A stretch of DNA of 64,000 nucleotides. Origin: Candidatus Moraniibacteriota bacterium. Its GTDB lineage: Bacteria > Patescibacteriota > Minisyncoccia > Moranbacterales > UBA1568. The notes under the pieces are model-generated. The model ran no database searches. It worked only from the letters and a program-made list of their open reading frames with translations, and was not told where the DNA came from. The position numbers were made by a program, and so were the translations under genes. Every line of letters starts with the position of its first letter. Position 1 is the stretch's first letter. This document shows positions 58,504 to 64,000 of this stretch, piece by piece. Location of the stretch: contig JAHFOO010000004.1 in NCBI GenBank assembly GCA_023261645.1, positions 4,486-68,485 of the forward strand. The letters are read 5' to 3'.

Positions 58504-60378
58504 ATGCTTTTGCCTCACAACCATCAGAATCTTGTCGTCTTCAAAAAAAAAGATAGGGTGCACCTTCTCTGGCGTGTTTCTGATTCTTCGATTCCCGGTA
58601 TTTTTTCAGTTGAAAGTGTCAACGGAAAAATATTCAAAAAAACATCTTCTCTCATCACCCTCTATCATACCGACGGAACGAAATCGGTACTCAGCGATGA
58701 CCCGATGCTCCGTGCGAGCACCCTTGGTGTCAAGACACTTTTTACTTTCATCAACAAAAAGAAGGAAGGCGTCTTTGTCACGATTACACAAGGTGGATCA
58801 GGAAAGATACTGGCAGAATCCTCTTTGTTCCACGGACCGACAGTGTGCGTCAGATTGCCGGCCAAAGATGGAAAAAAAGCCAAAATCATCGCCTTTTCAC
58901 CTCATGGTAAGAAGACGATTTTTCAGGCGAACATATCAGTTGATTTCAAGCATTTTCTCGATAAAGGTGATGTGATCGAAGCTCGTCGGCAGAAGTTTGA
59001 TGTGTCTGAACTCCGGCCTCTCTTTGCAGATATTGTTCCGCAGGGGATTCTTCTTGTCTATTCGGCGAAAAATACATCCGGTAGACTGACCATCGGTGCC
59101 ACTCTTTTTGATCGTGGTCGTCCGAAGGAATTGTTGTGGCAGAGTGATGAAGCCTTGTGGGAAGCACCTGAATATATTTCATCTCAAGCGACATGTATCG
59201 GAGGCGTCAATATCGGAAAGTACTTTTTTATCTACATCCAATCTCCAGGAGAAGCTGTTGAGCGGTTTCCAATCGCCCGTTACTGGGAGACAGTACAAAA
59301 AAACAAGAGAAGAGAATTCATCTTGCCTTCCCGTAAAAAAGGGGAGCGGATAGAATTGGCGCGTTTTGAATCCAATCCCGTCCTGGAACCGATCATCAAA
59401 AATTCCTGGGAAGCCTTCGCGACGTTCAACCCCGCTGCTCTCTATCTAGGTGGTCGTATCCATCTCCTCTATCGTGCTCAAGGATATGATGGGACTTCTG
59501 TTCTGGGCTATGCGTCGAGTTCTGATGGCATCACTATCGATGAACGTCAAGAAAAACCGGCCTTCATACCAAACAGTACTTCATCGAGAAAGCATGAAGG
59601 TCATTTTCCCTATGTTTCCGGTGGTGGTACAGGCGGATGCGAAGATCCTCGTCTCGTAGAGATTGATGGATGGGTATATCTCATATATGTTTCTTTTGAT
59701 GGTTCTCATCCACCAGGAGTAGCTCTCTCCTTCATTTCGAAAGTTGATTTTCTTGCAAAACGCTTTCGATGGTCTCGCTCGAAACTTATTTCTCGGCCAG
59801 GTGAGATTCAGAAAAATTGGGTTCTTTTCCCTCGGAAAATCAATGGAAAATTCGTCGTTCTCCACGGTCTGAGCCCGAAGATTCGCATCGAATATCTCGA
59901 TGATCCGAAAAAACTCGGTGACGGAAAATATATTCAGAGCCTGACCTCTCATGGGGGAGGAGGATATATCGAAGCCACTCGTTTGCGGGCGTGGGACAAT
60001 ATCGTCCGAGGAGTCGGTGCTCCTCCGCTCTGGACCAAGTATGGGTGGCTCATTTTCTATCACGGTATGGATATGCGCGATCCGGGAAGATACAAGGTGG
60101 GCGTGATGCTTCTCGATCTCGAACATCCGGAAATTGTTCTCCATCGCGCTGTCGAGCCGGTTCTTGAACCCGAAACATCGTATGAGAACAATGGTCACAA
60201 ACGCGGTGTCGTGTACGTCTGTGGATCGGTCATCAAAGGAAAAAAACTTTTCGTGTATTATGGGGCGGCGGATCGGACATCGGCTGTAGCGATGGCAGAC
60301 CTGGATGTTTTCCTCCAATCTCTCCTCAAAGAAAAACCACCTCTTCTTCAAAAAATGAATCCCAGAAAAATCAATTAA
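58504..60378 (+). CDS. GH130-family glycoside phosphorylase/hydrolase with ~290-aa unknown N-terminal domain
   Basis: C-terminal half has GH130 signatures (FESNPVLEP, NPAALY, GCEDPRL, YLIYVSFDG, VYYGAAD). Confidence 0.7.
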   Translation: MLLPHNHQNLVVFKKKDRVHLLWRVSDSSIPGIFSVESVNGKIFKKTSSLITLYHTDGTKSVLSDDPMLRASTLGVKTLFTFINKKKEGVFVTITQGGSGKILAESSLFHGPTVCVRLPAKDGKKAKIIAFSPHGKKTIFQANISVDFKHFLDKGDVIEARRQKFDVSELRPLFADIVPQGILLVYSAKNTSGRLTIGATLFDRGRPKELLWQSDEALWEAPEYISSQATCIGGVNIGKYFFIYIQSPGEAVERFPIARYWETVQKNKRREFILPSRKKGERIELARFESNPVLEPIIKNSWEAFATFNPAALYLGGRIHLLYRAQGYDGTSVLGYASSSDGITIDERQEKPAFIPNSTSSRKHEGHFPYVSGGGTGGCEDPRLVEIDGWVYLIYVSFDGSHPPGVALSFISKVDFLAKRFRWSRSKLISRPGEIQKNWVLFPRKINGKFVVLHGLSPKIRIEYLDDPKKLGDGKYIQSLTSHGGGGYIEATRLRAWDNIVRGVGAPPLWTKYGWLIFYHGMDMRDPGRYKVGVMLLDLEHPEIVLHRAVEPVLEPETSYENNGHKRGVVYVCGSVIKGKKLFVYYGAADRTSAVAMADLDVFLQSLLKEKPPLLQKMNPRKIN

Positions 60379-60390
60379 TATATTCTTTCT

Positions 60391-62313
60391 ATGTCATTTT
60401 TCAAACGATCCTTTGAAAACCCCATATTGGTACCGGAAAGCGACCTTCCTTGGGAGCTGGAAGGAGCCTTCAATGGTTCAGCTCTTCGTGAAAAAGGGAA
60501 AACGAGACTTTTTTATCGGGCTCAATCTTTACCGCTCTTGCATGAGGATGGACCATGGCTCTCACTCTCATCGATCGGTCAAACGGAAAGCTCGGATGGT
60601 ATCCATTTCAAGAAACATCGCCCATTCATCAAACCGGAATTCTTATGGGAACGATTCGGTTGTGAAGATCCGCGAATCACGAAATGTGATGGGAAATATT
60701 ATATTTTTTATACTGCTCTTTCTGAATTTCCTTTCCGTGCCGAAGGAATATCTGTCGGTCTCGCGCTGACAAAAAACTTCAAACAGATCGAGAAGCATCA
60801 CATCACACCGTTCAATGCGAAAGCGATGACTCTTTTTCCGGAGCGTATCGATGGCAAACTCTGGGCGCTTCTTTCCGTGAATACCGATCAACCGCCGTCG
60901 ACGACTGCATTTGCTTCATTCGAGAATGAGGAAGATCTCTGGAATATGGAAAAGTGGAGCAAGTGGTATCAGAATCTTGATAAGCATGGATTCGATTTGC
61001 GCCGAAGCGATGATGACCATATAGAAATCGGCGCTCCACCAATCAAGACGAAAGACGGTTGGCTCCTCCTGTATTCGTATATCCAGAAATATTATTCGTC
61101 AGATCCGATTTTCACCGTGGAGGCCATCCTTCTCGATCTCGAAAATCCGAGAAAAATCATCGCTCGTACCGAAAATCCTCTGCTTGTCCCGGAAGAAGAA
61201 TATGAATATTACGGCAAGGTCAAGAATATCGTTTTCCCTACCGGATTGGTGAAACGTGGCGATACGCTTTTCCTCTATTATGGTGCTGCCGATACGACAA
61301 CGTGTGTTGCTACGGGAAGTCTGAAGAAGCTCCTCTCTCAAATGAGAATGACCAAAAAAGATCAACCTCTTTTCACACGGTATCGGAAGAATCCTGTTCT
61401 CGAACCGATCCCTTCACATTCTTGGGAAGCGAAAGGAGTGCTCAATCCTGCGGCAATCGAATCGGATGGAAAAGTTCGCATTCTCTATCGTGCTACTGCG
61501 GAAGATGACACTTCTGTTTTCGGATATGCCGAAAGCCGTAATGGTTTTCGAATTTCCAAACGTTCTCCCGAGCCTGTGTATGTCCCACGAGTTTCCTTTG
61601 AGCAGAAACAAGCTCCTGGGAATTCCGGATGTGAAGACCCGCGTCTGACCAGGTTCGGTGATACCTACTATATGCTGTACACTGCCGTCGATGCTGTCTC
61701 TCCGCCACGAGTGGCTCTTTCGACGATCTCAGTGACAGATTTCTCGGCTGGTCGTTTCGAAAATTTTTCTCTTCCGATACTCCTTTCTCCTCCGAACATC
61801 GATGACAAGGACGCTTGTCTTTTTCCGGAGAAAATCGTGGGGAAGTATGTCATATTGCATCGTATCCAACCGGCCATCGACATCAATTTTTTTGAGAATC
61901 TCGATTTTGACGGAGAAACGAAATTTTTGACGCATCAACCATTCATTTTCCCTCGACGAGGTATGTGGGATAGTCGGAAAATCGGTATCAATACCGCCCC
62001 GATCAAAACAAAAAAAGGATGGCTCGTTCTGTATCATGGTGTTTCGGAGTATGATGGGCAATATCGTATCGGGGCGCTTCTTCTCGATCTTGAACATCCG
62101 GAAAAAGTCATCGGACGGAGTCGTCTGCCGATTTTCAGTCCGGAAGAGGACTATGAGAGGATTGGTGTTGTTCCCAATGTCGTTTTCCCTTGCGGATCGA
62201 TTGTTCGTGAAAAGAAATTGATCATTTATTATGGAGGTGCCGATCGAGTCATCGGTGTAGCGAGCATCTCTTTGCCGAAACTTCTCAGGTCTCTTCTTGT
62301 CGACGGTATATGA
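60391..62313 (+). CDS. protein with two tandem GH130 domains
   Basis: two repeats each with NPILVP/NPVLEP, GCEDPR(I/L)T, (Y/M)LYTA, L(F/I)YYG(A/G)AD motifs. Confidence 0.75.
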   Translation: MSFFKRSFENPILVPESDLPWELEGAFNGSALREKGKTRLFYRAQSLPLLHEDGPWLSLSSIGQTESSDGIHFKKHRPFIKPEFLWERFGCEDPRITKCDGKYYIFYTALSEFPFRAEGISVGLALTKNFKQIEKHHITPFNAKAMTLFPERIDGKLWALLSVNTDQPPSTTAFASFENEEDLWNMEKWSKWYQNLDKHGFDLRRSDDDHIEIGAPPIKTKDGWLLLYSYIQKYYSSDPIFTVEAILLDLENPRKIIARTENPLLVPEEEYEYYGKVKNIVFPTGLVKRGDTLFLYYGAADTTTCVATGSLKKLLSQMRMTKKDQPLFTRYRKNPVLEPIPSHSWEAKGVLNPAAIESDGKVRILYRATAEDDTSVFGYAESRNGFRISKRSPEPVYVPRVSFEQKQAPGNSGCEDPRLTRFGDTYYMLYTAVDAVSPPRVALSTISVTDFSAGRFENFSLPILLSPPNIDDKDACLFPEKIVGKYVILHRIQPAIDINFFENLDFDGETKFLTHQPFIFPRRGMWDSRKIGINTAPIKTKKGWLVLYHGVSEYDGQYRIGALLLDLEHPEKVIGRSRLPIFSPEEDYERIGVVPNVVFPCGSIVREKKLIIYYGGADRVIGVASISLPKLLRSLLVDGI

Positions 62314-62404
62314 TACGAGGAGAATCTTTCATCTGGATGGCTACAGATGTGTGGAATAGAGAGGGGAGGACTGATTGCGTCGTTTGAGGGTGAAAAAAAG
62401 GGTA

Positions 62405-62433
62405 TTGACAGGATAGAGACAATACGCTATAAT
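62405..62433 (+). promoter_or_regulatory. consensus sigma70 promoter of cspA (TTGACA-N17-TATAAT) with ~75-nt 5' UTR
   Basis: perfect hexamers, 17-nt spacer. Confidence 0.6.
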
Positions 62434-62508
62434 AGGAAGGTGTATAAAAGGCACAGCAGGAAACAGAGTCGAGTTTTCGCAGTATATAAGCAACCGTAAA
62501 AAAATCGT

Positions 62509-62706
62509 ATGCAAGGAACTATCAAAACCCTTACAGACCGAGGATTCGGATTCATCTCTCGCGATGGCGAAGAGAAGGATTTGTTTTTTCATTCTAAGGA
62601 ACTCGTAGGAGTTACCTATGACGAATTGAAAGTAGGCGACACTGTCTCTTTCGAAGTTGTCAATGGTGAAAAAGGCCCAGCAGCTACAGGCGTATCTCGC
62701 ATGTAA
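62509..62706 (+). CDS. cspA: cold-shock protein (CspA family)
   Basis: RNP1 RGFGFI and RNP2 motifs, 65 aa. Confidence 0.92.
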   Translation: MQGTIKTLTDRGFGFISRDGEEKDLFFHSKELVGVTYDELKVGDTVSFEVVNGEKGPAATGVSRM

Positions 62707-62725
62707 TTTCGAAGTCTTTTCAAAA

Positions 62726-62753
62726 ACACCCTCACAGTGAGGGTGTTTTTTTG
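62726..62753 (+). terminator. rho-independent terminator after cspA
   Basis: caccctcac agt gagggtg ttttttt. Confidence 0.7.
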
Positions 62754-62879
62754 TTTACCCCGCTCACGAACGTCCTGCCAAAGGCACGACTTCAGTCGTC
62801 TCGGGACGACTTTTCTCTAACGGGGTGGACCATATAATGATGTATAATGAAAGCATATCTAATAAGTTAAGAAAACAGT

Positions 62880-63302
62880 ATGACAGCACCATTTTTCAGT
62901 ATTTTTGCACTCACTGCAGAGTTCTGTGTCACAGCAGTCGTGTTTTATGTGATCTGGAAAGCTGTCGCGGAAGTACGGTTCAACAGGAAACTGGCTTTCG
63001 GGGTATTGGCGTATGAAGTGATTTTCAATATTTCCTATATGGTGATGCGTTCGATCGAACACGCAAATGAGAAGGGGGATGCCGGAGAGAAACCGGGTAT
63101 GATCACTTTGGCAATCTTTCACGGAACATTTTCACTCGTGATGTTCGTCGCTCTGGTTGTCTTCTTCGTTGTTGCAAGCAGGCACTATGCCAGGGGTGAG
63201 AATTTTTTCGTCCACCACCATCGTCTGACATCCGTATTCCTGTATGCTTGGAGTGTCTCTGTCCTCTCGGGAGCACTCTTCTTTGTCCGCCTGTATTTAT
63301 AA
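62880..63302 (+). CDS. hypothetical 4-TM membrane protein
   Basis: ORF with four hydrophobic helices. Confidence 0.45.
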   Translation: MTAPFFSIFALTAEFCVTAVVFYVIWKAVAEVRFNRKLAFGVLAYEVIFNISYMVMRSIEHANEKGDAGEKPGMITLAIFHGTFSLVMFVALVVFFVVASRHYARGENFFVHHHRLTSVFLYAWSVSVLSGALFFVRLYL

Positions 63303-63505
63303 AAAAGTAAAAAGCCCTCAATGCGGGAGAGCGACTGAGTCCCTTGAAAAAAATTAACGGAAAAAATTACATTTTTCCCTGAAGAATCCAGGTGGGTCTC
63401 AATTTTGCGCAATCCTTTCTGAAGGCTTTTCGATTCGATTATAGCATCTCTTGCGGAGGTTTCATAGTCGCCAGAAGCGATGAAATGATGTATACTGCGA
63501 TCATT

Positions 63506-63916
63506 ATGAAATTTCTAAGAAAAATTGCGACAGGAAGCCTTGTTATCGTACTCGCATCATTTGCGGGGAGTTTCTGTATGCATCCGGTGCAGGCACAGAC
63601 GACTGTGATCGGTGGAGGAAATTCTATGGATATGTCATCGTCGGAGATGGGACAGGACAGAGAAGATGGGGACACTGTACGAATCAAGGATACGGCGACA
63701 TCCGCATTCAGTACGTGCCTATTGAACTGTGTGACCGAGGCACCGCAGGCCACCGCAACCAAAAAAACAAGCATCGATACTGCCCTGAATATTTCTGCGG
63801 TGATTTCTCAAACCGAACAACTTCGATCTTTCGAACTTTTCCCCAATCCGCTTGATATGACAGGAGCGCATCCTCCGTCTCCGGATATCCTTTCTTCCGT
63901 AGTCAAAATAGAATAG
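63506..63916 (+). CDS. hypothetical secreted protein
   Basis: signal peptide MKFLRKIATGSLVIVLASFAGSFCMHPVQA; internal ATG chosen over ORF-track start 63392. Confidence 0.4.
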   Translation: MKFLRKIATGSLVIVLASFAGSFCMHPVQAQTTVIGGGNSMDMSSSEMGQDREDGDTVRIKDTATSAFSTCLLNCVTEAPQATATKKTSIDTALNISAVISQTEQLRSFELFPNPLDMTGAHPPSPDILSSVVKIE

Positions 63917-64000
63917 ATTTTTCGATGACGTTCTGAGGAAATGGATTTTTTATTCGATCTTCTTTGCGTCAGACTGCCATTTCCTCGTCTGAGAAATGGT

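Overview
This 64 kb window looks like bacterial chromosome with a streamlined, moderately AT-rich gene set. I think it comes from a Candidate Phyla Radiation / Patescibacteria-like organism, but that is an inference. It rests on three things seen here: a 23S rRNA gene with intron-like insertions, one of which encodes a LAGLIDADG endonuclease; rRNA genes not linked to a 16S gene; and many small hypothetical membrane or secreted proteins.

What the window contains, in order:
- A 5'-truncated gene for an O-antigen-ligase-like membrane protein with TPR repeats.
- A 23S-5S rRNA unit at about 2764-6966. There is no 16S gene and no spacer tRNAs. The 23S carries two insertions, and the 3' part of the 5S is duplicated immediately downstream.
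- Housekeeping genes: ftsW/rodA, secG, RNase J, trpS, ychF, groEL, topA, dprA, Rel (a RelA/SpoT-family ppGpp enzyme), cspA.
- A GDP-mannose module: a bifunctional phosphoglucose/phosphomannose isomerase, manC, and a convergent phosphomannomutase. Further along are three GH130 (beta-mannoside phosphorylase-like) modules split across two genes.
- zur-znuACB for zinc uptake.
- Type IV pilus parts: a PilB ATPase and a PilX-like minor pilin.
- A cluster of five tRNAs on the minus strand (Asp, Met, fMet, Ile-GAU, Ala-UGC), plus one tRNA-Leu.
- An ECF sigma factor with a putative anti-sigma factor and a PepSY protein.
- A PIN-PhoH ATPase, a P-type ATPase, GT4 and GT2 glycosyltransferases, and many small hypothetical genes.

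The features I think most deserve a second look are non-coding repeat families:
1. A roughly 153-nt structured element with terminal inverted repeats, present as an inverted pair that flanks the ychF-groEL segment.
2. A dispersed 20-40 nt GC-rich palindrome family with at least 7 copies. One copy sits in-frame inside the topA zinc-ribbon coding sequence. Another interrupts a tRNA-Leu 5' remnant next to a small GIY-YIG nuclease gene.
3. Two copies of an AT-rich palindromic element built from CCTAATN heptamer arrays, each in a promoter region.

I found no CRISPR array, no transposase and no recognisable integrase. All calls are from reading the sequence by eye, with no database searches.
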